Of a stretch of DNA of 64,000 bases, positions 37,905-50,513 are shown one piece after another. The notes beneath the pieces are model-generated. The model worked only from the letters and a program-made list of their open reading frames with translations, did not search any database and had not been told where the DNA came from. Each line of letters begins with the position of its first letter. Within the stretch, counting starts at the first letter, position 1. The translations under genes and the position numbers were made by a program. The stretch comes from Azolla caroliniana (taxonomy: Eukaryota > Plantae > Polypodiophyta): contig JBHGNT010000007.1 of assembly GCA_043228905.1 (NCBI GenBank), positions 20,646,001-20,710,000 of the forward strand. Direction: 5' to 3'.

Positions 37905-38424
37905 TAACAATTGGCAACAATTCGGTTCGAGAGGGTTCAAACCGAACCATTTTTTTTCTTTAAACTTGAACCAAACCAAACCGAACCATGAAACCGTTAG
38001 ACCGATCTGTTAAACATTTTCAAACCGTTCAACCATTAAACCGTAAAAAATGTGATTTCCTGGTTCAATTTCGGTTTTCAACTTTGGTCATTTTTGAATT
38101 TTTGAATTTTTGAATTTTTTAAATTTACAATATTTCATTATTTAAAATTTCAAAATTTTAAAGTTGTTCCAAAAATGTGAGAATAAGGTCTAAAAATGAA
38201 AAGATTCTCTAAAAACAATTTTTAAAAATTTTTTAAATAAAAAATAAAAAACAAAAAACCGTTTAACCGTTTAAACTGCGGTTTCTAACTGTTGAAACCG
38301 AACGAAACACAAATGAATCATTTTTAAAAACTCAAACCTTAACCGAACTGTTTAAACTGTTAAGCTGTTAAGCCGCGGTTTCGCGGTTTGGTTTGGTTCA
38401 AAACCGAACTGTTGCAGATTGGTA
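37905..38424. mobile_element. hAT-type MITE
   Basis: 8-bp TSD CTTGCAGT (37897-37904, 38425-38432). Imperfect TIRs TAACAATTGGCAACAATTCGGTT / TACCAATCTGCAACAGTTCGGTT. Many AAACCG subterminal motifs. Confidence 0.88.
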
Positions 38425-38961
38425 CTTGCAGTCCAAGGGGAAGATATAAAGTTGGTACCTTATGCACCAACAATGGGCTCCTTAATGTATGCTATGGTTG
38501 CAACACGACTAGATATAGCGCTTGGAGTAGGAGTCGTTGCACAATCCTAGCCGACAACACTAGAACGCTTGCAACATTGGGATTTGCCAACTGTCTAGAT
38601 AGACGAAAGTCAACATCGAGATACTTCTTTTTATTCGGGACGTGCAATCTCATGGAGGTTGAAGCTCTAGGAGTGCAGGGCCACTTCGACGACCAAGGCC
38701 GAATACATAACTGTGTTCGATGCAGCGAAAGAAGTAATATGGTTTGGTTGGTTGGTTAGCACATTTCAGCAAGCTGGCTCAATTTCGGCTCCAGTAATCT
38801 GTATTAACAGTAAGGGAGCTATTGCATTGTCAATGAATCCGGTACATTATAATGCCTCAAAACATATCGACGTTCGATATCATTTTGTTCGAGAATTGTG
38901 TAACAAGAGGAAAGCGCGCCCTAGAGAAGGTTTCTACAACCCCCAATGTTGCGGACGCAAT

Positions 38962-39617
38962 TAGCAATGGGCCCAGTTTGGTTTCAGTTTCTTGGCCTTG
39001 AAACCAAACCAAACCCTTTATTCATAATAAAAACTGAACCAAACTGCTTAAAATTTATGAAGCCATTTCAACCGAACCGTTTAAAGAATAGGAGAAACCA
39101 CACTGTTTATGAAAAATTTAGAACCAAACCAAACCGCTTTATGATAAATCAAAATCAAAACAAATTAAACCCTTTTTTATTGATATTGATCATCAACTTA
39201 TTATAAATTTGTGTGAGAAAATTATAATAAATTTTGTCATCATACTTATCATAAATTTGATCATCATACTTATCATATTTTATCATTATAAATGAAAAGG
39301 AGACTTTACATATAATGTATATAAAATTTAATAAGTTAGAACTAGAGTTTAAAACTAAAAGTTGAAATTTAGAGCTTATAGGGAAAATTTATAAGTATTT
39401 TTTAACATATAAACCTTTAAACCTTTAAACCAAACCACATAAACAGAAATCGATAAACCGCAAAACTATGAAATTCAAAACTGAACTGAACCAAAACCAA
39501 ACTTATTAGTAACATTTGAAACCAAACCAAACCATTTATTTATCTTCAAACCTATAAACCGTTAGGCCATAGTTTAACAGTTTGGTTCGGTTCAAGTTGA
39601 AACCAGGCCCATTGCTA
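38962..39617. mobile_element. hAT-type MITE
   Basis: 8-bp TSD GACGCAAT (38954-38961, 39618-39625). TIR TAGCAATGGGCC...GGCCCATTGCTA. AAACC repeats. Confidence 0.93.
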
Positions 39618-40935
39618 GACGCAATGACCAAGTGTCTTTTGGCAGACCGGTTCCAATCAATTCGGCAGCAAATGGGCATAGTTATTATTATTAGAATTTT
39701 TATCGTCCATAAAGAGGCCAATTTTGACCTATGGGACCAAAGTATACATGTGTTCTTGGTATGTGTCTCCTTCCTAAGAAGGGGTATTCATACATTGAAT
39801 CACCAAGTCTCTATGTGTGAATAAAGCATACACAAATGCACTCAACCTTGTCCCTGGTGTCTTAAGTATGGCACTTAAGTTATCACTCCCTCTTAGTATG
39901 TCAGTACTTAAGTTGCTTTCGGCTCAATGGACTCGGGCATAACAAGGAATTCGGCCCAGTTGAATCGGGCACGGAGGTGAGTTCTGGCTCGGTCAATTTG
40001 GGAGCAGCAGAAGAGTGTAGACTTCAACTATTGCATATCAACACCTCTTTGTTATATCTGTAGTCTATTCATTACAAATTCTTTGTTGTATACACCATTA
40101 CAGGGGAGTGTCGAATATGGTAATATAATGGACGGATTCACACTATTCCATTTGGACAAACTTAGTTAGGCTATTCCAATAAAAAGTGTAAAGGGCTCTT
40201 GCCCTAGTCGATTAGTATATATAAGTGAGTTTGTAACCTCTTGTAAGGTTGTTGTTGTATTTGCCTATTCTTTATTATATACAAGTTACTTTGTGTGCCT
40301 ATCTATTCTTACTCTTATTCTGTGTTTCATATCTCATCACATACACAGAGTGTGCTCTTGTTCTAGACTATATCATCATATTGTCTTATGTTCAAGTCGA
40401 CTATACTCCAACACCTATTGTGTCATTATTTTAAAAGAAAAAATGACGAAATACTAATCATCCAACAAGAACCATCCATTGTAAGAGAATGCAACAATAC
40501 AAATTTTGTCACAATTAGTGTGTGAGAAATGGCTCTAGATACAAATGTTGTTAACTCGATCCTTTGGGTCTACTCATGTTCTACTATTGGTGGCAACCTA
40601 CTACACTCCCAACCTTGAATGGGTGGCTCACACCACATGGTAGCTCCTCTACCAACAACAACAACAACAACAATAAGAAGAAGAAGAAGAAGATAGAAGG
40701 TACATAGAAGAGAGTGATGAGACCAACGCACTAAGTTTTTCCAATAAAACAATGCCCCCCTATTACATCCCAAATATGCGGTGTATATATATATATATAT
40801 CCAAGGCTAGGGTTTGGTTGGCATGTCCTATTTCACACCAATAACAACAAACTTTGTCACAATTAGTGTGTGAGAAATGGCTCTAGCCACCCTTTGATGC
40901 TAATTCCTTAGAGTCATTTCTCACAGATTAATGGG

Positions 40936-41300
40936 TAACAATGGGCCCGATTTCAACTCAAACCGAACCGAACCGTTAAGCCATGGTTTAAAGGTTTATA
41001 AGTTCCAAAATAATTAAATGCTTCAGTTTGGTTCCGTTTTGAAAGTAGGCTTTATTGGTTTAAAGGTTTATCCCTTAAATATTTATGTAATTTAATGATT
41101 TAATTAATGTTTTTTATTGATTTAATTCACTTAACTTAAAATGTATATTTTAGTTTGGCTTAAATGTGATTAGGTTTCAACTTTTCCATAAACTGTTTTG
41201 GTTTAACTTTTCTTAAACAGTTTGGTTTTAATGTCTTTAAAGTTAGATAAACCGTTTGGTTTGGTTTTTGTTGTATATAAATAGTTTGGTTTGGAACAGA
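40936..41300. mobile_element. Partial MITE of the same hAT-like group
   Basis: Begins TAACAATGGGCCCG and has AACCG/GGTTT motifs. No matching right end was found. Confidence 0.6.
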
Positions 41301-41748
41301 ATTTGCATGGTTTTTGTTTTATATAAATAGTTTGGTTTGGAACAGAATTTGCATGGCTGCATTGTGATAGAGTGGATGGTTATTGCCGGAAGATCATGAA
41401 TACTAACATATAATTTAGTGTAGATGATGGATGACCCTGCATCTTATAAGATAAGATGTTGCAGGCAGGCAGCTAGAATTGGAAGCTTTAGCTACCAAAA
41501 TTGAGAAAGTTGCAAGAATTGTATTCTGATTTTCTTTCTTGATTGTGCAAGTAAAGGAGATTTAGCTAGCAAGATTGAGAAAGTTCTTTGAAAGAATTGA
41601 ATTCTAATTTTCTTCTTTATTGTCTGCAGGTAAGCAGGAGACTGTGAACCCTACTAGTCTGGAAAACCTGGTGCCAACAGAAGAAGAAACGGGTAAAAAC
41701 AAGTGTTTAAACGCTAGTGCTTTATCCCAATTATTCAAATAATCAAAT

Positions 41749-43027
41749 GTGGCTGATCTTCTTTCTCCATTTGTTTCTTCGCAAAAAAAGTGGTACTTGA
41801 AATCGACTCAGATCGACATGTTGTTGATGATGATGATGATGAAGAGGTGGAACCCAGAAGAAGCAGAAAATGCGAGATTCTTCTTCTTCGCCTTGGATGA
41901 TGCATACAGAGATTCTTTCGTGAGTGTGATGATCGTAATGGTAGCTTTAGGCCATGACATAAAAGACGAGGATGAATTGCGAGACGGTGCTTACACTATT
42001 TCTGCAGTAATGCTCTTCTATCACCGCCATTTCCATTTCTGGTTACTGCGATTACCTTAACCCTGCTCCATGTATATGGTTGTGATGGCGATGGTGGAAG
42101 CGTGCTCGTCAGATTGTGGAGAGACCTTCCATTTACTGCGAGATCTTCATGTATATCCCACTCATCATCATCATCATCCACTCTGTTGGCCACACTAATG
42201 CAGTGAACGATTTCAAGATCCTTCCCAGCATGCCTCCTCCTGCAGGTTTCATGTACATCCTAGCTCTGAAAGTGGTCGCCATTCCAAGTTTGGCTGCTGC
42301 CTCCTCTGAGACCATGGCGGCTACTACTACAGATCAAGAAGTGGCCCACAACCGATCAGCAGCCAAAATGAAACTAAGAAAATTTGCTCAGTTTCAGCTA
42401 ATCATATATGTGGTTACTTGCAGTATGAATCTCATGGCTGCGATTAGTGGCTCGAATTCTTTTGCCATTTACTTCCGCTCTACTGCTATGGATAGACCTT
42501 ACCTTGGTCCCTACCTCAGCTATGGCCATTTATATTGGAAGGCAGAAGACGGATGCGGAACAAGAAGAGTCCGATCAAGCAATTTCCCGTCAAATGTGGC
42601 GGTCTATAGGCATTGCGAGCGGGTATTCAAGCCATAGCCTTGGCTGTCATGCTCTTCACATACAAAACACCCAATCTTCAGCACCTTTATATGCTTGCAA
42701 GTCTTCAGTTTGATTGACAAGGCAGTGCTCAGATTGGTCAATCCAGTTATGTCTTGGATCTTCGCAGGGATTGTGGCTGTCTCGATCGGAATCAATTTAA
42801 TCATGATTCGATTCTTGATGAAATTTCTCACCTCCACTGTGGAGGAGCCTTCAGATTGGCGGCATTTCGCAATTTCTCTAGCAGTTGGATGTTTTGGGAT
42901 GCTGGTAAACTTCATCCTGCTGCCCAAATGTACAGTGAGAACCCCGCCGATCGATGAGGAATTAGAAACCTCAGATCGAACCGATTCATTAGAACCAGTG
43001 CTCGATTCATTGGTGTCGGCTGTGTAA
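41749..43027 (+). pseudogene. Possible host multi-pass membrane protein gene, frameshifted; family not recognised
   Basis: Successive overlapping ORFs (41749-42060, 42116-42637, 42447-42713, 42695-43027) contain hydrophobic helices. There are no TE motifs, and a splice-like CTGCAG|GTAAG lies upstream at about 41625. Confidence 0.35.
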
Positions 43028-43280
43028 TTTGATTTGTCCGAGCTCCTTGCATCAAGAACTTCTCTCTTGAGGAACATTTCTTTTTGTGCTCATGCCATTT
43101 ATCACAGAGCATGTTGCATAATAATTTAGTGGCTTGATTCCCAATCCATAGGGATTCTTATTCTTGCATAACAAATGTGGACAAATTGCTTCTTCACAAC
43201 AAAAAGACATTCTCACAATGTATATTTGTGTAAGCAACTTCACTTAGCTTGAAAGACTTTGTTACATATAGTGTTATGCC

Positions 43281-43620
43281 TAGCCATGGGCCGTACTTTT
43301 GGCTCAAACCCAACCAAATAATTTACCTATGGTTGGAACAGAATCATTAGATGGTTTGTTTTGGTTTTCAAACATTGTTAAATGATATAATATTTCGTTT
43401 TCAATTATAAACAAATAGTTTGGTTCTCAGAATAACATTTATAAGTTTTTACTTGATTGTTTTTCTCTCCTTAATGTTTCAATCTTTTACTCAGTTTAAT
43501 AGTTTAATTAATGGTTTTAATGCTTAATTGTACCATTAATTTAACTCGACTTTTTAAATTTCATGGGCTTTTTGTCTTTGGACCTTAATTTAGGTTAAAT
43601 GGTTTGGTTTGTTTAAATGG
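43281..43620. mobile_element. Partial MITE of the same hAT-like group
   Basis: Begins TAGCCATGGGCC, AT-rich with GGTTT motifs; the right end is unclear. Confidence 0.5.
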
Positions 43621-44125
43621 AGACGTCTACTTCCTCACATTGCAATCAATTTGGGGGTCCTCAAAGAGAAATGGAGAAGTTAACATAGCAATATGACTTC
43701 ATATTTCAATCAATGATGGCTAGGACGCAACATATTTTGATATTTGCGTATGAATAATTTACCTTAAAAACGTATCAAATTTAACCATGTCGGTTGGTGA
43801 TAAATGACATTGTGTCTAACTAGTTAGTACTTGTTGAAGGAAATGTTTGATATGAACGGCTTAAGAGGGAGAACATGTAAAATAAGTTCACATAGAAATG
43901 GAGGTATGTCAATATAGGTGAACCTTTTCAATCAATGTATGCAAGCATGTGAATGAGATAGAATATATCAATGAACTTGACATACATACTCAGTACTAAG
44001 CAAAAATGTTGTGCTCTGTGATTGATTCCTCTAATAACGCATCTTGACTTTTTGGATGACGTTCATTCAATGCATAGATAAACTACATAGAGGTTTAGTC
44101 TCAGTCCACATAGAGGTTTTAGTGT

Positions 44126-44365
44126 CACTCCATTTGAAATAAGATTGTAGTCGTGTCAATTTGTGAGTTCATGACATGTGGAGAGGCACAATGGTTGGAG
44201 TCTCACTCCATTTGAAATAAGATCATAAGTGGTGTCGGATTGTGGAGTCCATGACATTTGGAGAGACAAAATGGTTGGAGTCTCAGTCCATTTGAGATAA
44301 GATCATAAGTGGTGTCGATTGCAAGTTCACAAGCTACGAAAATGTGGAGATACAAAATGGTTGGT
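44126..44365. repeat. Three degenerate tandem copies of a ~79-bp unit
   Basis: CA(C/G)TCCATTTGA(A)ATAAGAT...AATGGTTGG recurs at 44126, 44204 and 44284. Confidence 0.85.
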
Positions 44366-44855
44366 ATTGTGTGGACTAGGAAAGACATTAGATAGAGCTC
44401 CAAACGTGATACACTTTGGAAGGTTATATAGTTGTATATTTGTAAATTGAAAACAAATCGTTTGCTTAGATTTCAGGAAAAATAACAATACCCAAAATAA
44501 TGGAATTAATCGCTTAAAATCACACAAACCTCTATGACATGACAGACAGTAGTTAATTGATGCCTCTACGTATGTATGGATGGATGTATGTATTGTAGTT
44601 ATGTTTGATTGTGTACATATCAGCTAATTGAAACAATTAACGAGGAAGAGAAATACCTGATGAATAGCAAGTTTAACAGCCATATCATGCTCTGCTCCTC
44701 AAAATGAAGTATTTAAACTGAACCAAAATAGTATTTTAAAATGAAACATTAGGGAGGATTTTCTGTTTTTTTTTAAAGTACCCCAAGCAATCTGTATCTA
44801 TGTATTTCTAATAATATAGAGAAATTGTGAGGATTAGGGTGACATCAGATGCTAA

Positions 44856-47800
44856 TGAGGAAAATAATAACCAAAAATAAAATAAAATATATTAATATGT
44901 AGTTCTTATGAAATCGGTTTCCTTCATGAGAAGGAAACCGTAAGTCTATTGGTGGGTCATATAAAGCCACCACCAACGTTGTATTCATTCTAGGGCATTA
45001 TAATAATAAAAACGCTTTCTCTATTTCCCTCAGAATTGAAACAACACAGAGAGAATAAGTTACAAAACGTTGATAATAATGTTGCTAATGTTTACCAACA
45101 TGTAACAAATGAAGTTTTTCAGGAACAGGGGGAGACAATGAATGTCGACACACCTGCACCACTCGGGCTTTTCCTTGATGAACAGAAAATCAAAGAAGAA
45201 CCAAACGCCCTTGGATGCCGAGTTTCAAAGCAACTCGACAAGATGTAGAAGCAATAAAGAAAATAAGGGAACGTGAACCCTAAACCCTAGAAGCCATGGC
45301 TAGGGCACTCTATGCATTGGGACCATGGGTCACACCCACACCAAAAACTTTTGACCTCCCACTTCTTTTTGAGAGACTTGGGTGGAAATGAGATTAGGCT
45401 TAGTGCAAAGTTTTGTACACTACTAGAACTCTCTTAGCTTAAGCTATTTTCTTTTATTTTAGTTTTCATGATTGGATAAACACTCATTTTTGTTGTAAAC
45501 CAATTGTCTCATGGGCCAAATTTGGCCTTAGAAGACGTTAATATATCTTTCTTTCTTTCTTTCTCTCTCTCTCTCTCTCTCTCTTTGTATTTCTTTCTAT
45601 CTCTCTTTCTCTTCTTTCCCGACATGGTATCAGAGCCAAACGACCTAATAGCCTTATAGCCTATGCCTTTCTATAATAAAAAATTACATAACACATGCCC
45701 TTACCATAATTTAACTTTCATGCCCATACAAAAATAATAATAATTATATTCATAGTGTTCAAGATCGTCAAATAACAAACGACAATTTTGTGTTTGCTGT
45801 GCGCTGATCCGGACAACCCTCTGCAATAATGGTGCAATCTATGTCGTCGTCGCAACTCAACATGCGAAAATTCACGATCGAGAAATTATCGGACACAAAT
45901 TATCGAATTTGGAAGGCAAGATTAGAATTACTTTTTAAATATAATAAAGTATGGGACATAATTTCAGGATCGTCGACAAAACTTGAAAAAGGCGAAGAAC
46001 TTGAAGAATATGAAGAGAAAGACTTGTGTGCAAGAATGGAAATTCTAATGCATGTGAGTGATGGCACCAGAGAAAAATTGCGAAAAATGGAGACAGGTCA
46101 TGAAATGTGGAAGCACTTACAAACTATCCACGAGCCGAAAAACGATGCCCAACAAGCGCATACACTTTAAGCGCTTGTTAATTACAAAATGAATGACGAA
46201 CAACAGGTTGGTGAATTTCTATTAATATGGCAAAAGAAATTAGATGATGTGTTAATTTCGGGATTAGAAATCCATGATAAATTACAAAAGATTCTCCTTC
46301 TTGGTGCTCTTCCTCACTCGGGGTCCACTTTTAGAACCACCCAAAACTCTATAAATTGCCCAATGCTAATTGATCTTCTTGCAAACATTAGACAGGAGGA
46401 AACAATGCGTTCACAAAGGTCTTCAAATTCAACTCCAAGTGTGGCGAAGGTAGCATACAAGAACAAAAGGTTCACCCAAAGAGGAGAAAGGTCGAAGTCG
46501 TGGATAAAGAAAGATCAAAACACAAAACAAGGAGGAATGCGGTTCAACAATACCTATTGTAAAATATGCAAACGTACAAATCATGCAACCAAAGATTGTC
46601 GCGCAAAGTCAAATTTCAAGAGTTATCAACCATGGAAGCGTGTACAAGGCCATCTTGTTGAAGAAGAGATGGATGATGAAAAAGTCATAGGAGATGGATA
46701 TCAAAATGGCGACAAGTATGACGACGTCGTTCAAGCATTCATTGCTGAATCACTTTCCGCGACGATTCCAAACCCAAGTAATGTAAATGATATATGTTAT
46801 CTCGACACTGGTGCTACTAACCACTTAACTAATAGAAAAGATTGGTTATGTAACTATAAGGATGTTGAACCTCCTATCATTATAAGATTTGGAAATAATG
46901 GAACTAAACAAGCTATTGGCAAGGGTGATATTACGTTTGAAGTCACAGGAGGAAGACATTTCACAATCAATGAAGTTCTCTATGTCCCGGGCATCACCAA
47001 ACACTTGCTATCGGTTAGTCAAGCAATGACAAATGGTACTATCATTGAATTTCATCCTAACCATGCTATTATTAAACATAAAGCCTCAAATGGAGAACTT
47101 ATTAGAACATGTTGTAAACGAGAAGGACGCTTATATCCCATAAAATGTATTCCTACATCTCTTATTTTAGAAGCACATCATACTACCCCAATACAATCTT
47201 CCATATCTTTAACCAATCTTCATTCTCCTTCTTCTCTTTGGCACTTTCGTCTAGGTCATATGCATTTCAATGCTCTAAAAACAGTACAATGTAATAATCT
47301 AGTCCATGGTTTGCCAAAAGAACCTTTCAAGCCCATCTCTTTGTGTGAAAGTTGTATCCTTGGGAAAATGCTCCAACAACCATTCCCAAAGCATAGATCT
47401 AGAGCCACTACCCCTATTGCATTAGTACATAGTGATCTATGTGGACCTTTTCCAACCCCTTCTCTTAGTGGAGCCAAATATTTTATTAGCTTTATAGATG
47501 ACTTTAGTCGATTTACAATCTTGCATTTTCTCAAGTACAAAAGTCAAGCTTATCAAGCATTCAAAGAATACAAGGCTCGAGTCAAAGTGCAAACATCATC
47601 AAAGATTAAAAGTCTTCAAACCGATGGTGGTGGTGAGTATATGTCTCATGAATTTCAAAGTTTATATCAAAATGAAGGCATACAACATAGAATATCAACA
47701 CCACACACACCACAACAAAATGGTGTATTTGAAAGGAAGAATAGATCACTTCTCAATATGGCTCGAAGTATGTTACAATTTGCTCACTTATCACCTCAAT

Positions 47801-50405
47801 TTTGGGAGGAAGCGGTTGGCACCGCTTGCTAAATTCAAAATCGAGGATTTCATAGATCCTTGGGGCTCCAAACCCCTTATGAACTATGGCATGGTCACAA
47901 ACCTAACTTAAGTAACCTTCGTATTTTTGGGTGATGCTTATGCTTTTGTGCCAAATGTTCAAAGAAATAAGCTAGATCCAAGGGCTACAAAATCAACTTT
48001 CATCGGATATGGAGAAGCTTCGGGATACAAGGCATACAAGCTCTACGATCCACAAAAACGAAGAATATTCTTTAGCCATAATGTCATATTCCAAGAAAAT
48101 GGGCCTTCTACAAAGGTTTCTTCTTCACTCTCTTCTAATCTACCTCCCTTATTACCTACCGCTACCCACTTACAACCATCTTCCTCAACCATCTCTAATA
48201 TTAATAGCTCTCATATTGAAGGAGCCAACATTAGCTCATCCTCTACTTCCACTATTTGTGTTGCTCTTCCATCTATTCACAAGGCAAAGATCAATCCTAC
48301 TCAACCAACTAATTCTTCTTCTCATCTTCCCTCATTCCAAGCTCTAGATGATTCTCTTCCTCATACTCCTTTAAGTACACATTGTTTAACTCCCTCAAAT
48401 AATATAAATAATGTTATCTTCTCCACTCCCTCTCCTAATCCTTCATTCCAAGCGTCATCACCAACTTCTCCACCAAACTCTCCACCTCCAAAGTATAAAT
48501 CTCTAAGTAGTATTTATGAACAATTTGATCAAATGGAACTTGGACCATGAAGCTTATATTCAAGAAGAAGATATTCCAACCCTTAGTGATGACACAAATC
48601 TATCGGCCAAAGATGCACTTTCCGGATCGGATTCTATCAAATGGAGAAAGGCTATGGAAGAAGAAATGAAGCCTTTACTTAAAAATGGTACGTGGACCCT
48701 CATTGAGCCTCCAAAAGATCGACAAATAATTGGTTCTAAATGCGTCTTAAGCATAAAGCGAGATAGTAATGGCAATCCAATTCGTTTCAAGGCTCGTGTA
48801 CTTGCTCGAGGATTTTCGCAAGTACCAGGTATTGATTTTCAAGATACATTTAGTCCAACACTAAAAATATGTGGTTTTCGAATGCTCGTTGCTCTTGCCG
48901 CACAACATGATCTAGAATTGCATCATTTGGATGTACAAACGGCTTTTCTTCATGAAGATTTAGATGAAGAACTTTATCTTCAACAACCACAATTTTTTGA
49001 AGATCCAAGTCATCTGACACATGTTTGTCAACTTCGTAAATCTATTTACGACCTTAAGCAATCTCCACGCATATGGTATCACAAACTACACTCTTTTCTT
49101 ATAAAAGTTGGATATCATCGTCTAAACAATGAGCCAACTATCTATGTTAGAAAAGTCAAATCCAATTTTGTTATCATAGGTGTCTATGTTGATGATTTGC
49201 TTTTGATCTCTAACTCTAAATCTTATCTAGCTATTGCAAAGAAGGAACTTGCATATGTTTTTCCTATTACCGATTTAGGCCCTATGCCCCATTTTCTAGG
49301 CATCAAAATAACTCAAAATAGAACAAATCATACTATCTTATTATCACAATCAAATTATATTAATTCTATCCTCCAAAGATTTAATATGCTCCATAGTAAG
49401 CCTATAAATACTCCTCTTACCTCTCCATGTAAACTATCAAATGATGATTCTCCCAAAAATGAACGAGAAATTTCCGAAATGAAGGATGTACCCTATAATC
49501 AAATCCTTGGGTGTATAATATATCTAGTAAGTTGCACACGTTTGCCGCCAGTTTTCTTTCTCGTTTCATGGCTAATCCAAGAACAAAGCATTGGATCGCG
49601 CTCAAAAGATTACTACAATACTTGAAGCATACTCAACATTATGTGTGACTTACTCCGCCAGACAATCCGAGTCAACCACACTTGTGCAAGGATGGACAAA
49701 TCCCTCTAGCCAACTAATTGGTTGGTCAGACTCAGACTAGGGGGGAGATGTAGAAGATCACAAGTCAACAGGTGGTTATGTTTACACACTCGCTAGCGTT
49801 GCAATTTCGTGGAAGTCGAAAAAACAAACTACCGTAGCATTGTCATCCACCGAAGCTGAATATGTTGCCGGGCTTTAGCGGCTAAAGAAGGCATATGGAT
49901 TAAAGCTATGCTCAATGAATTTAAGTTATTTACTATTCCACCAGTGACTTTATTTTGTGATAATCAATCTTGCATCAAGTTAGCCAACAATCCGAAGATG
50001 AGCAACAATATTCGTCATGTGGATTTGAAGCATCACTTTCTTCGTGATCTCATTGAAACGAAGAATATAGAGTTAAAGTTTGCTCCCACTCATCAAATGT
50101 GGGCCGATTTTCTAACGAAGCCTCTTCAACATTCTAAGCACATTATTTGTTGCAAGAAAGTTGGATTAATTGATGTAATCGAAGATAAAGATGAAAACCT
50201 ACACTTCTAGAAAATTTTGCTTAGGGGGGAGTGAGGAAAATAATAAGAAAAAATAAAATAAAATATATTAATATATAATTCTTATGAAATCGGTTTCCTT
50301 CATGAGACAGAAACCATAAGTCTATTGGTGGGTCTTATAAAGCCACCACCAACGTTGTATTCATTCTAGGGCATTATAATATTAAAAATGCTTTCTCTGT
50401 TTCCC

Positions 50406-50481
<76 letters not shown>

Positions 50482-50513
50482 CTCTCTCTCTCTCTCTCTC
50501 TTCTTTCCCAACA
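44856..50513 (+). mobile_element. Full-length Ty1/copia retrotransposon F; LTRs 44856-45624 (contains a LINE fragment) and 50232-50513; gag-pol 45829-50210 with stops
   Basis: TSD GCTAA (44851-44855, 50514-50518). PBS TGGTATCAGAGCC at 45625-45637 and PPT at 50223-50231. Motifs CKICKRTNHATKDC, LDTGAT, WHFRLGH, YVDDL and ADFLTKPL. Confidence 0.96.
45033..45562 (+). mobile_element. 5'-truncated LINE copy inserted in the 5' LTR of copia F
   Basis: Colinear with 30378-30922 including the (TTTC)n tail, and absent from the 3' LTR. Confidence 0.9.

Larger units (their letters stand above)
35528..40413 (+). mobile_element. Decayed Ty1/copia element E with probable 3' LTR at 40109-40413
   Basis: Gag end FVTTMCNA, CNYCKKPRHIKAE, FWVEAL, ILYVDDML and SKHIDVRYHFVRE. 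PPT AGGGGAG precedes TGTCGA...TCCAACA. Confidence 0.85.
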
